Assembly: GCA_013331945.1 (NCBI GenBank) | Contig: DUFK01000014.1 | Location: forward strand, 9,234-51,912 | Direction of reading: 5' to 3' | DNA length: 42,679 nt | From: Nanobdellota archaeon | GTDB taxonomy: Archaea; Nanobdellota; Nanobdellia; Pacearchaeales; UBA12030 | Shown: in pieces, positions 31,037 through 39,487 of the stretch | How the letters are laid out: each line of letters opens with the position of its first letter | Position numbering within the stretch: position 1 is the first letter of the stretch | Program-made: the position numbers and the translations under genes | Notes under the pieces: model-generated | Told to the model about the DNA's origin: nothing | Databases searched by the model: none | Seen by the model: only the letters and a program-made list of their open reading frames with translations

Positions 31037-31249
31037 TTAAGATTCTAAACCCTGGCTGTTTTTAAAACTTTTCATTAGGGGAATTACCAAAGCGCCCGGT
31101 GCTGCTGGTGGTACAGGTGGCTCTCCCCCGAATACGCCGAATACTGGCTTGAGCAAAAAGGTGTAGAGTGCCCAACCGACAATCAAGAGAACCGTGATTA
31201 TCAAAATCCACTTCACAATTATCCCAGCTCCTCCTGATTCTTCTGACAT
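31037..31249 (-). CDS. small single-TM protein
   Basis: 70 aa, MSEESGGAGIIVKWILIITVLLIVGWALYTF... No K/R-G motif, so it is not clearly a pilin. Confidence 0.5.
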   Translation of the reverse strand: MSEESGGAGIIVKWILIITVLLIVGWALYTFLLKPVFGVFGGEPPVPPAAPGALVIPLMKSFKNSQGLES

Positions 31250-31284
31250 TTTCTTTTTCCTTTATCTCTTTTCTCTATACCTTT

Positions 31285-31443
31285 CTAACGCCCAAATCTC
31301 AAGATATCAAATATCCGGTCTATAAAACCTACTCCTTTTCCTTTGAGAAAGAACAAGATGAGGAATAAGACTACAAGAACCAAGAGAGCAAGAATCCACA
31401 TCGCTGTACTGCTCTCCACAAATCCTTTTTTATTTTTTGCCAT
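31285..31443 (-). CDS. mini pilin-like protein (52 aa)
   Basis: Not in the track. Hand translation: MAKNKKG/FVESSTAMWILALLVLVVLFLILFFLKGKGVGFIDRIFDILRFGR. Confidence 0.55.
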   Translation of the reverse strand: MAKNKKGFVESSTAMWILALLVLVVLFLILFFLKGKGVGFIDRIFDILRFGR

Positions 31444-31508
31444 GGTTTTGTAGCTCCTTTTTCTTCCTTGGTGCTTTCTTTGGTGGAGCTTTCTTTTTAA
31501 GAAAGGTC

Positions 31509-32417
31509 CTATGGAAGGCTCTCAAGAGAACCGCACAATTCCCCCAAGGTTTGGGCATTATATGTGGTTAAGATAACTTGGGAGCATCCGGCTTCATTAC
31601 CATTACAATACCCTGCGGCAAATACTTGATCTGTCTCTGCATTATATGCCTGATAGCCTATCACCCCTAAAAGAGATACAAGAGTTACTATTGCCCCCGC
31701 AGGGGTTTTCATTATAGATCCAATCGCCCCACCAACTGCCTTTCCACCAGGTACTTTACTGCCTAAAAAGAAAGTTCCGCCTACAGCGCCAACATCTTTT
31801 GCTAATAGATTCCACGCATCCTGAGATTCAAACCTAAAGAAGACGACGGCATAGTCTTGATCTGTTCTGATGGGTGAGATTTGAAATCCAGATGAGATAT
31901 CTGCTCCCTCCTGATCTGTGAAGTATTCTAAGTAAGTAATCTTTTTTTGGGGGATTTTTGTTTCCTTAAGATAACTTCCGAGAGAGATTGTTTTTGGGGA
32001 TTTTTGTATAGCGCCGCTGAATTTTATTGTGGAGCATATCAAACAAGAGGATTTCGCATTCGAAAGTCCAAAACTTTCACCTGTATCAAGAAAGTCGACC
32101 TTTCCTCTTCCAAGCATATCCCAACAATCATACATCGCATTCGCAACTGTTTTTTTAATCTCTTCTTCGTTCGTCGTTTTAACTCCTATCGGTTGGGTCT
32201 TGCACTGCAACTCTGGCTTTACATCATCTGGAAGCTGGTTTATTCCCCACAATCCCCTCTTCACGACAGATTCCTTGCATGCTTCCTTATCCAGTATTGC
32301 TGGAGTCTTGGCATAGAGCTGATAGATGAATACTCCGAATACAAGAAGTCCTGCAAGGCCAATCGTCCAGAGGACTACCTCATGATGTTCTTGCCCTCTT
32401 TTTTTTCTTTCTTGCAT
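31509..32417 (-). CDS. class III signal peptide (pilin-like) protein
   Basis: 302 aa. MQERKKRG/QEHHEVVLWTIGLAGLLVFGVFIY. Has a second hydrophobic stretch near the C-terminus. Confidence 0.6.
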   Translation of the reverse strand: MQERKKRGQEHHEVVLWTIGLAGLLVFGVFIYQLYAKTPAILDKEACKESVVKRGLWGINQLPDDVKPELQCKTQPIGVKTTNEEEIKKTVANAMYDCWDMLGRGKVDFLDTGESFGLSNAKSSCLICSTIKFSGAIQKSPKTISLGSYLKETKIPQKKITYLEYFTDQEGADISSGFQISPIRTDQDYAVVFFRFESQDAWNLLAKDVGAVGGTFFLGSKVPGGKAVGGAIGSIMKTPAGAIVTLVSLLGVIGYQAYNAETDQVFAAGYCNGNEAGCSQVILTTYNAQTLGELCGSLESLP

Positions 32418-32424
32418 TTTGCAC

Positions 32425-32532
32425 CTAGATTATTTTAAGCAGCTTGAATATGAAATAGAGCACAAAGCCGGCGATGAGCAGCACAAGTATCAGTGTTATG
32501 ATTCCCTCTCGTGTCAGGCCTCTCTTTTTCAT
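32425..32532 (-). CDS. mini pilin-like protein (35 aa)
   Basis: Not in the track. Hand translation: MKKRG/LTREGIITLILVLLIAGFVLYFIFKLLKII. Its stop lies 7 nt before the next ATG. Confidence 0.45.
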   Translation of the reverse strand: MKKRGLTREGIITLILVLLIAGFVLYFIFKLLKII

Positions 32533-32565
32533 ATTCTCTTCTCTCGTTTCTCCTTCTCCATTTCC

Positions 32566-33222
32566 CTACATAGTGTAGTGACTCATATCATTCAGGTACT
32601 GTAATTTAAAGTTCTTTCCTTGATTCCAGCAAGTGATACGGCTTACAGAGGCGTTGCCTATGGTGAAGTTCTTGAAATATCTTAGCCCTCCGAAAAGCTT
32701 TCCGACAATGAACTTTGCAGGAGCTTGATGAGTTACAATTACGATCCTCTGGCCCTCATTCTGCTTCACGATGCGCAGGAATGCGTCCCAGCACCTTTTC
32801 TCTGCGTCTGGAAAGCTCTCTCCAAGAACAACTTTAGATGGATCACCATCATCATATTTAGAGAACCAATTCTTCGCGATAGGAAGGAATCTGCTCTCGA
32901 GCTCTTCCTGTGTCATCATCTCATACTTGCCCATGTCATGCTCTCGCAGGGCTTTGTCAAATATGATCTTATAGCCATTCAAATCTGCGAGAGGCTTTAT
33001 AGTCTCAACCGCTCTGCGCAAATCACTGCTATATATCGCTGCGATCTTTTCCTTCTTCAAGCGCTGGGCAAGCTTCTTTGCTTGCTCCTTTCCCTTAGCA
33101 CTGAGACCAAGATCGTTCTTTGGATCACTGCTGAAGATATCTTTCAGATTGAGCTTGCTCTGTGCATGGCGCACAAGAAATACTTCTGTGACTTCTTTCT
33201 CTTTTGATTTTTCCTTTTTCAT
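32566..33222 (-). CDS. histidine phosphatase (phosphoglycerate mutase-like) family protein
   Basis: 218 aa. FLVRHAQSKLN (RHG-type motif), SSDLRRAVET, EHDMG and VTHQAP. Confidence 0.8.
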   Translation of the reverse strand: MKKEKSKEKEVTEVFLVRHAQSKLNLKDIFSSDPKNDLGLSAKGKEQAKKLAQRLKKEKIAAIYSSDLRRAVETIKPLADLNGYKIIFDKALREHDMGKYEMMTQEELESRFLPIAKNWFSKYDDGDPSKVVLGESFPDAEKRCWDAFLRIVKQNEGQRIVIVTHQAPAKFIVGKLFGGLRYFKNFTIGNASVSRITCWNQGKNFKLQYLNDMSHYTM

Positions 33223-33263
33223 TTTTTCCTCTTTCTTAGTGCAGGTTCTTTTTAAAGAAAGTG

Positions 33264-35411
33264 CTAAGTCCCTATAGGTCCGATCTGATTCATTACAAGA
33301 GATGCGAGCAGACTTAAAACTACTATGGTGATGAATGCTACAATAAGGTAGAAGAACATCCCGCGATAAAGGGCCTTGGATATCTCATTCTTCTCAGTGA
33401 GCTTGTCGCTTCCGTTCTCTATCACAACTACAGTAGCACTCAGGATGAAGATTATCTGTATCAGATACAAGCCGATGGCGATCTGCAAGAAATAAGGCGG
33501 AATCATCTTCTCTATCTCAAATAATGTGACTATTCCCGCGGCTCCGCCGAGTCCCTCTGCTCCTCCCGATTCAAGTCCAGTCAGGAGCGTGGAAAGCTGA
33601 TTGATGATGAGAGTTATCATCACTGCAAGCCCTACAACAATCCCTCCGAGAACAGGTGCCAAAAAGGAGACATTGCTTTTCATGCTCACAACGACATCTG
33701 CGACAAGGTCTTTCAGCCTCTCTTCTATTTTGTGGATATTCTTTGCATGCTCTGAAATGCTCATAACGCTTTCAGAAGCAATCTTAAGACTTTTCTTGAC
33801 TCCTTCAACAAGTATGAACATCGAGGTCTTGATGAGTGAGGATGGGTAGAAAGTGATTGCCCCTCTTTGCCTTCCGAAGATCGCTTCCTGCACACTGGCG
33901 CCATTCTGGATATTATTGTTGACCATCATGAAGAATCTTCCTGTCGGAGTTCCACGCAGGACTTCTGCAACCCTTCCGAATGCCATTTCTGCTGGCACTC
34001 CTGCGGCAAGCCTATTCCCGAGCTGGAAGAGTGCAGAGCTGAATTCATCTTCCAGTTTCTTAGTTTCTTGTCTTGTCTTTATGAGGTTCTTGGTGCGCAT
34101 TCCGTAATTCACCGCAAAGAAAAGGCCAAGTGAAAGCGGAATAAATAGGCTAAGAAGAGTGGCGCCAACTCCAAATGGCCCAATCTGCTTTCCGCCAACA
34201 TCCTTGAAATCAAAAAAGCTTCCGATGAATGGAAGAGTGAAATCGTGCAGGCCTATCGCAGAAGAGAGTGCAGGGGAGAGCATCAGCAAGGGCAGGATTC
34301 CTAGCACAAAGAAAGGGAGTGCGATGAAGAAGGCAATCCATGTCGGCGTAGAACTCTTGTATTCTGCATATCTCGGATGTGCCTCCAAAAGTTCTGGCTC
34401 TCCATATCCTGTAGGTCTTGAAAGCAAGATCTGCGATGTAAGATAATAAACAAAGAATGGAATTATCACATTAAACATTATAATCACATGCTGCCAGGTC
34501 ATCAATCCACCAAGAAGTGCAGAGGCAAGGGGAAGCAGGGCAAGAGCCAGCGTAGGAAGCACAATCCCGAGCATGTACACATTTGTCAGAGGCGCCTTGA
34601 TGGAATGAGAGTAAGTGAGCATCTTTTCCTGCACTCCTTCGAGCATCACAGAAAGGCTTTTCTCTAAGGTTGCAACTCTCTTGCTTTCTACCGGCTCGTA
34701 GAGCGAGGATTCAATTAGGTGCATCGCCTCTGCGAATTCCAGATTCGATTCGCGCCATCTTTCAAGATAAGCATCAATGCTATCTCTCACTGTCGGATAT
34801 TTTCCTACTTCAACATCCCAGAATATCTTCTTGAAATCCAAAGAGAGGGGAGCTTGCAGATGCTCAGAGGTAAATTTTACAGCTCTCTCTAAATTCGGGG
34901 TGTGCTTCATATAGATTACGATGAAAAGCAATGCCTGAATCAGCTGCGATGAGGCCTTGAGCTGCCACTTCTTTGCCTCCATCATCGGAAAAGTGTAGAG
35001 CCAGTAATACAAGAATGCAGAGAAAGCGATTCCAAGCACAAGATACATGAAAGCGAAAGTTCCAGTGAAAACGTAAAAGGCAGCGAATGCAAAAACACTC
35101 AGCACAAGAGCGAGAATGAACATGTTGATGGCAAGGCTTGCTGCCTCTTCTGGCTTTAATTCAGAATGGATCGTTTCCAGGGCTTTTCGGAACTTTGCCG
35201 CATCTTTGGCAGATGGCTTTACCTTGATGATGGAGCCACTTATTTTTGCAGCCTTCTCGTAGCGGCTTAGGGGCTTGAATGCCTCTTGCTTGAACTGCAC
35301 ATACTCCTGAGTGAAGTTGACTCTATCTGGATTCCCGGGATCGTAGTCAAGCCCGCGCTCAAGCTCCCGCTCATACTTCTTAAGAATATCATCCACTCTC
35401 CGTGATGCCAC
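33264..35411 (-). CDS. type IV pilus/archaellum platform protein (FlaJ/TadC/PilC-like polytopic membrane protein)
   Basis: 715 aa with many TM helices and two cytoplasmic helical domains. Located near the FlaI-like ATPase. GTG start at 35409-35411; there is no nearby in-frame ATG. Confidence 0.7.
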   Translation of the reverse strand: MASRRVDDILKKYERELERGLDYDPGNPDRVNFTQEYVQFKQEAFKPLSRYEKAAKISGSIIKVKPSAKDAAKFRKALETIHSELKPEEAASLAINMFILALVLSVFAFAAFYVFTGTFAFMYLVLGIAFSAFLYYWLYTFPMMEAKKWQLKASSQLIQALLFIVIYMKHTPNLERAVKFTSEHLQAPLSLDFKKIFWDVEVGKYPTVRDSIDAYLERWRESNLEFAEAMHLIESSLYEPVESKRVATLEKSLSVMLEGVQEKMLTYSHSIKAPLTNVYMLGIVLPTLALALLPLASALLGGLMTWQHVIIMFNVIIPFFVYYLTSQILLSRPTGYGEPELLEAHPRYAEYKSSTPTWIAFFIALPFFVLGILPLLMLSPALSSAIGLHDFTLPFIGSFFDFKDVGGKQIGPFGVGATLLSLFIPLSLGLFFAVNYGMRTKNLIKTRQETKKLEDEFSSALFQLGNRLAAGVPAEMAFGRVAEVLRGTPTGRFFMMVNNNIQNGASVQEAIFGRQRGAITFYPSSLIKTSMFILVEGVKKSLKIASESVMSISEHAKNIHKIEERLKDLVADVVVSMKSNVSFLAPVLGGIVVGLAVMITLIINQLSTLLTGLESGGAEGLGGAAGIVTLFEIEKMIPPYFLQIAIGLYLIQIIFILSATVVVIENGSDKLTEKNEISKALYRGMFFYLIVAFITIVVLSLLASLVMNQIGPIGT

Positions 35412-35422
35412 TTTCTTTTGCT

Positions 35423-35443
35423 GAAGCTTTTTCTAAAAGCTTC
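35423..35443. repeat. 9-bp perfect hairpin gaagctttt/tct/aaaagcttc in the platform-gene 5' region
   Basis: Differs by one loop base from plus 2271-2291 (gaagctttt/ttt/aaaagcttc), which is the core of the canonical tRNA-Pro intron. Confidence 0.85.
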
Positions 35444-35534
35444 CCTCTTTTAGTTATGGAAAGAAAACGAATACGGATTTTAAATCCTTTTGTGCCGAGA
35501 AAAAATATATAAACGTATAGCCTCTAAAGAAATA

Positions 35535-35948
35535 ATGGGACTTTTCGGGTTTGGAAAAAAGAAGGAAGCGGAGAACGCGAAGAAAGGAAAAGCGGTGGCA
35601 GATGATCGTGCCAGAACGGATGCTTATGATGAGATACAGGCTATTCTAGGCCGGATAGAAAAGACCTTTGATGGGAAGGCAAAACATGTCTTAAATGTGG
35701 CTGCATCCCGTGGGGCAGGGACAAAAACTTATACTGAAAGAGAAATCATAAAATTAAGAGCACCATTACTAGATGCGCGACATGCTCAACAACGAGGAGT
35801 CTTTCGCAATATTTTACCCAACCTCCTTAAGTTTTCTGAGCTATTGAGTAAGAGCGAATACTTTATGTCAGACGGAACCTTCTTGAGGGATATCGGGAGG
35901 GATATAACTGCCATAGAGCAGAGCCTTAAGAAAGGGAAGTATATCTGA
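35535..35948 (+). CDS. hypothetical helical protein, N-terminus MGLFGFGKKKE (orphan family)
   Basis: 137 aa from the ATG at 35535. A TATA (aatatataaa) lies about 25 nt upstream. The track ORF's upstream extension starts at a non-ATG codon. Confidence 0.6.
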   Translation: MGLFGFGKKKEAENAKKGKAVADDRARTDAYDEIQAILGRIEKTFDGKAKHVLNVAASRGAGTKTYTEREIIKLRAPLLDARHAQQRGVFRNILPNLLKFSELLSKSEYFMSDGTFLRDIGRDITAIEQSLKKGKYI

Positions 35949-35979
35949 TTTTAAATCCTTTCCTCTCGCGCTACTCAGA

Positions 35980-35991
35980 AAGGTATAAATA
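35980..35991 (+). promoter_or_regulatory. BRE/TATA element aaggtataaata
   Basis: Ends 23 nt upstream of the ATG at 36014. Confidence 0.55.
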
Positions 35992-36013
35992 GACTATTTG
36001 CTCAAAATCAAAT

Positions 36014-36376
36014 ATGGCAATTGAGCTAGGCGAGATTATAAATGTAGAGGCTAAGCTGAGCAGAGAGATCAATAAAATCAGGGAGCTGCAACGTCATGAG
36101 ATTTATGGACGGGTCCAAAAGCATAAAGAACAAATAAGCATTTTGATTAGAGTTCTCTCCAATGCATTAAATGATCTAGGGGACTGTAGAAAGGCTATTC
36201 AGAAACAAAACTATGCTAAAGGATTAAAAGACGTGCAGAAGGCAACTAACAATCTTATAGAATGCAGTAAATTCAGTTTTATTTTAGGCTTAGTTGGGAC
36301 TAACATTAGATACTTCACAAGAGAATGCGCACGCATACAGGTGTCTTTGGAAAATACTATAAGAACAGCCAGGTAA
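36014..36376 (+). CDS. hypothetical helical protein
   Basis: 120 aa, all-helical appearance, AT-rich. Its 3' end converges on the ATPase gene, 12 nt away. Confidence 0.55.
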   Translation: MAIELGEIINVEAKLSREINKIRELQRHEIYGRVQKHKEQISILIRVLSNALNDLGDCRKAIQKQNYAKGLKDVQKATNNLIECSKFSFILGLVGTNIRYFTRECARIQVSLENTIRTAR

Positions 36377-36388
36377 TTTATCAAAAAA

Positions 36389-38635
36389 TTAAACCCTTGC
36401 CCTCTTTATCTCCTGCTTGAGCCAATCTTGCCACTCTGCAAAGATTCTCTTGCTGTCCATGTTTCCAGAGTCCCGCAGCACTTTGTCAGAGATGTTGTGG
36501 AATGCATTGTTTGATTTCACAATAAATGGGGCCTCGAGCAATGCAGGCATCTTCTCTGAAACTCGGACAAGTTCTTCCTTCATCTTCGCTCTCAGCAAGA
36601 TATTATCCCATACAGCATCCCAGTTCCCTGCCCATTCTTTTACATTTGCTGCAATCTCCTTGAGTATTTCACTCTCCCCATTCTTCAATTCATCTGTCGG
36701 CTCCAACTTATCCGTCATGGCATTGTAGCGCATCAAATCGACAAAGCCTTTCTCTGCAAGAGGATCATTCTTCCACTTCTTCCTCACTTCACTTATCTGC
36801 AAAATCCTTCTTGCAGAATGCATCCCATCAGGACTTCTTATAGGATTTGCCACAATAATGATATCTGTCGCCTTGAAACTCGTAATCGGCACGCCGAGAT
36901 CGTTTACAACTCTGTCAAAGATCGCATATGGCGAGGCTCCATGAATTGTTCCGGCAACTGTATTCGCAAGAGCACCAACCCTCATTGCTTCATAAAGTGC
37001 TTTTGCTTCTGTGCTCCTTACCTCACCGACAATCAGCACAGAGTCTCCCAATCTCAAGGAAGTTCTGATTCCTTCTTCGGCAGAAACTTCTGTGGATTCT
37101 TTCAAGAGCGCCGCGCGCACTTTCATCCTCTGCACATCATATCCCAACTTTCTTAGGGCATCTATAGGGAGTTCAAGTGTATCTTCCACAACTATCACCC
37201 TATACTTTGACATCAACTCGAAGAGCATGCTTCCGAGCAATGAGGTTTTTCCAGAGCTTCTTGTTCCTCCAACAAGCATTGTCCTGCTTCCATCAATCAA
37301 GAAACTGAGGAGGCCAGCGGCAAGCGGATCAAGCATCCCTTGCTTGATGAAAAGCGGCAGGGTCCATGGCTTCTCCCTGAATCTCCTGAACGCGAACGCA
37401 AGACCGTAAGGGGAGAGCGGCTCTTGGATGACACTCACTCTTGCTCCGACATTCTGCAACGTAAGTTCTGTATCTAAAACCGGATGTGCTTCATCAAGAG
37501 GCCTTCCGGAAATGAGCCTGAACTTCGCGGCCCAGCTTTCTGAATCCTCCCGAGAAGGAATTATGTTCGTTGCACATTCATCGTAATCTGCGTGCCTCGC
37601 AAAAATCTGCGTCATTCCGATTGGTGCATTTATCACAACGTCCTGCAGCCGCGGATCCTGCAGAAGTATCTCAACAATCCCGAAACCGACAGTATGGCGC
37701 ACAAGGATCTTTGCCAGGTTCGTCAGCTCTTTGTACTCAAGCTCAATATTTTTTGTCTGTGCCAGTTCTGCAATCAGATCTCTAGCGATATTAAAGAAAA
37801 CTCCTCGCATCCTTTCCGGATCTAGGAATTCTTCAGCCCTTGGCCTGTGCTCAAGTAGAACTTGTTTTGCCAAATCCAAGAGAGTTAAGGAATCCTCATC
37901 GAGCTTGAATTCGGGCGGCATCAAATGATAGTAATACTTCACCTCATTCTTTTTCTTCAGAATCGTGACATCGGCCTTTTCCTCCCCTTCACCAATGCTG
38001 TATTCCTCGAGAAGCTCTGCGTCCAGAGGAAGATCAGTCATCAATCTTGTGAAAGTGAAATTTGGCAGCACTTCCGGTCTCAAGATGTCAGCGTAAATCA
38101 TCCTATCTCCGACGCGATGACCCGCGAGTTTATCCTTTATCCCAGAGATGAGTGCACTCTTATCGAGTAGAGAGTAGATTTTCTCAAGCCTGCGCAAGTA
38201 CTCGCCAGAGCGCGGTGCCTGCACTTGCAACGCTTTCTCCTCGCGGATGAGTCTTTTTGCAGTAACGTAGGCTCCAACAGGATCTGATCTAATGAGAGTA
38301 AGGACAATGTAATTCAAGAACCCGAGCTTGTCTTGCTCCAAGTTCCCCAGCGAAAGCACTCTTTCTTCTTTCGTCAGAAAATTGTAGATATTTGAGATCT
38401 CGATAAGGGCTTGTGTCTGATCATAGGAATAAGCATAGTTTTTCTGTTGGGAAAGGACAATGCGACTCACACGGGAATTTTCAATGAGATTATCCATGAT
38501 TCGGGCCATCATCGCCGCGTCATCAGAGATGCTCGGGACAAGGGCATAGCCAAAGCAGTTCACGTACATGACATCTTCTGATCCTTCCTTGATCACTTCG
38601 TAACCGAAAAGCTTTGTTTCCTGCCTGAAGATCAT
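36389..38635 (-). CDS. type IV pilus/archaellum assembly ATPase (FlaI/PilB/VirB11 superfamily), enlarged
   Basis: 748 aa. Walker A (GGTRSSGKTS), Walker B/Asp box (RVIVVEDTLEL), and LIVGEVRSTEA. The N-terminal region before the ATPase core is long. Confidence 0.88.
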   Translation of the reverse strand: MIFRQETKLFGYEVIKEGSEDVMYVNCFGYALVPSISDDAAMMARIMDNLIENSRVSRIVLSQQKNYAYSYDQTQALIEISNIYNFLTKEERVLSLGNLEQDKLGFLNYIVLTLIRSDPVGAYVTAKRLIREEKALQVQAPRSGEYLRRLEKIYSLLDKSALISGIKDKLAGHRVGDRMIYADILRPEVLPNFTFTRLMTDLPLDAELLEEYSIGEGEEKADVTILKKKNEVKYYYHLMPPEFKLDEDSLTLLDLAKQVLLEHRPRAEEFLDPERMRGVFFNIARDLIAELAQTKNIELEYKELTNLAKILVRHTVGFGIVEILLQDPRLQDVVINAPIGMTQIFARHADYDECATNIIPSREDSESWAAKFRLISGRPLDEAHPVLDTELTLQNVGARVSVIQEPLSPYGLAFAFRRFREKPWTLPLFIKQGMLDPLAAGLLSFLIDGSRTMLVGGTRSSGKTSLLGSMLFELMSKYRVIVVEDTLELPIDALRKLGYDVQRMKVRAALLKESTEVSAEEGIRTSLRLGDSVLIVGEVRSTEAKALYEAMRVGALANTVAGTIHGASPYAIFDRVVNDLGVPITSFKATDIIIVANPIRSPDGMHSARRILQISEVRKKWKNDPLAEKGFVDLMRYNAMTDKLEPTDELKNGESEILKEIAANVKEWAGNWDAVWDNILLRAKMKEELVRVSEKMPALLEAPFIVKSNNAFHNISDKVLRDSGNMDSKRIFAEWQDWLKQEIKRARV

Positions 38636-38746
38636 TTTTTCTTTTGCCCTCTTTTTTTGTCTTTTTGAACTCTTTCACTTAAAGAGAGAGTATTATTAAA
38701 TTTTGCTTACGCAAAATTGATAAAGTTGAAATAGGTGATAGGTACT

Positions 38747-39433
38747 ATGATCTGGCCATTCAAGAAAAGAGAAGAGAATAACATTAAAAAGTATTATAAG
38801 AGACGGCGCAAAATCAGAGACCTTTTAATAAATGAGATCCACCTATGGGAGGAATTTCTGGGGAGGGTAGATGATGTGCAGAATAGAGGGTATACAGTTG
38901 AAAGGGTCGGAGATACGAGAACGTATAAATCGCGGGCGTTTACAGGGTTTATAAAGAGCGACTCTATGGCGGCCATACACCTCTTAGTGCGGGTCAAAAA
39001 CCAAATGGGGGGTGAGCTTAAAGCCCACCGAGATTACGAAATGGGAACTTCCGGGCTTAAGGAAGGTTGTTATGTGGTAAGAGATACTATTACATGTGTA
39101 TCTTATCTCAATTCTACTGAAAAGATTTTGAGAGCGGTATTACGTAGGATAGAGTATATGATTGAAAGATACTTTAAACACGAAAAAGATGAAGGAGTTG
39201 TAGTATATAATGAAGAATTTCCGGAATATGCAAGGCGTCAAAGTTTTGAGGCTTTTTTTAGTATGGTGTTTGAAGAAAAGAAAAGGCTAGACCAAATTCT
39301 GGCGACACATAAATTGGTGAAGTCACTTTTACTGGAACAGCTAAAGGAAGACGAGGAGAGGGCGCGGGGTCTTAATGAGATTTTTGGTGGGCTACATAGC
39401 GAGAAGTATTGGAGGTATTACTATGGGGGATAA
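38747..39433 (+). CDS. hypothetical protein, N-terminus MIWPFKKREE, C-terminus ...YWRYYYGG
   Basis: The track ORF starts at a GTG (38735); the first ATG is at 38747. AT-rich. No family recognised. Confidence 0.55.
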   Translation: MIWPFKKREENNIKKYYKRRRKIRDLLINEIHLWEEFLGRVDDVQNRGYTVERVGDTRTYKSRAFTGFIKSDSMAAIHLLVRVKNQMGGELKAHRDYEMGTSGLKEGCYVVRDTITCVSYLNSTEKILRAVLRRIEYMIERYFKHEKDEGVVVYNEEFPEYARRQSFEAFFSMVFEEKKRLDQILATHKLVKSLLLEQLKEDEERARGLNEIFGGLHSEKYWRYYYGG

Positions 39434-39454
39434 ATTTTCCCCGTAGCAGAACAT

Positions 39455-39466
39455 AAGGTTTAAAAC
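39455..39466 (+). promoter_or_regulatory. BRE/TATA element aaggtttaaaac
   Basis: Ends 22 nt upstream of the ATG at 39488. Confidence 0.5.
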
Positions 39467-39487
39467 TTCCTCCGTGCTTCAGGAAGA

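Noticed and set aside
26138-38635. Archaellum (fla/arl) operon
   Set aside because: There are no archaellin-type subunits with the conserved archaellin domain, and no FlaF/FlaG/FlaH/FlaC-E set next to the ATPase. A pilus-like or other type IV filament is the better description.
38747-39433. C-terminal ...YYYGG as a ubiquitin-like/SAMP or Pup-type modifier for the PafA-like ligase
   Set aside because: The protein is about 228 aa and looks helical rather than beta-grasp or disordered. Pup ends in GGQ/GGE, not GG. It lies 29 kb from the ligase. Coincidence is more likely.
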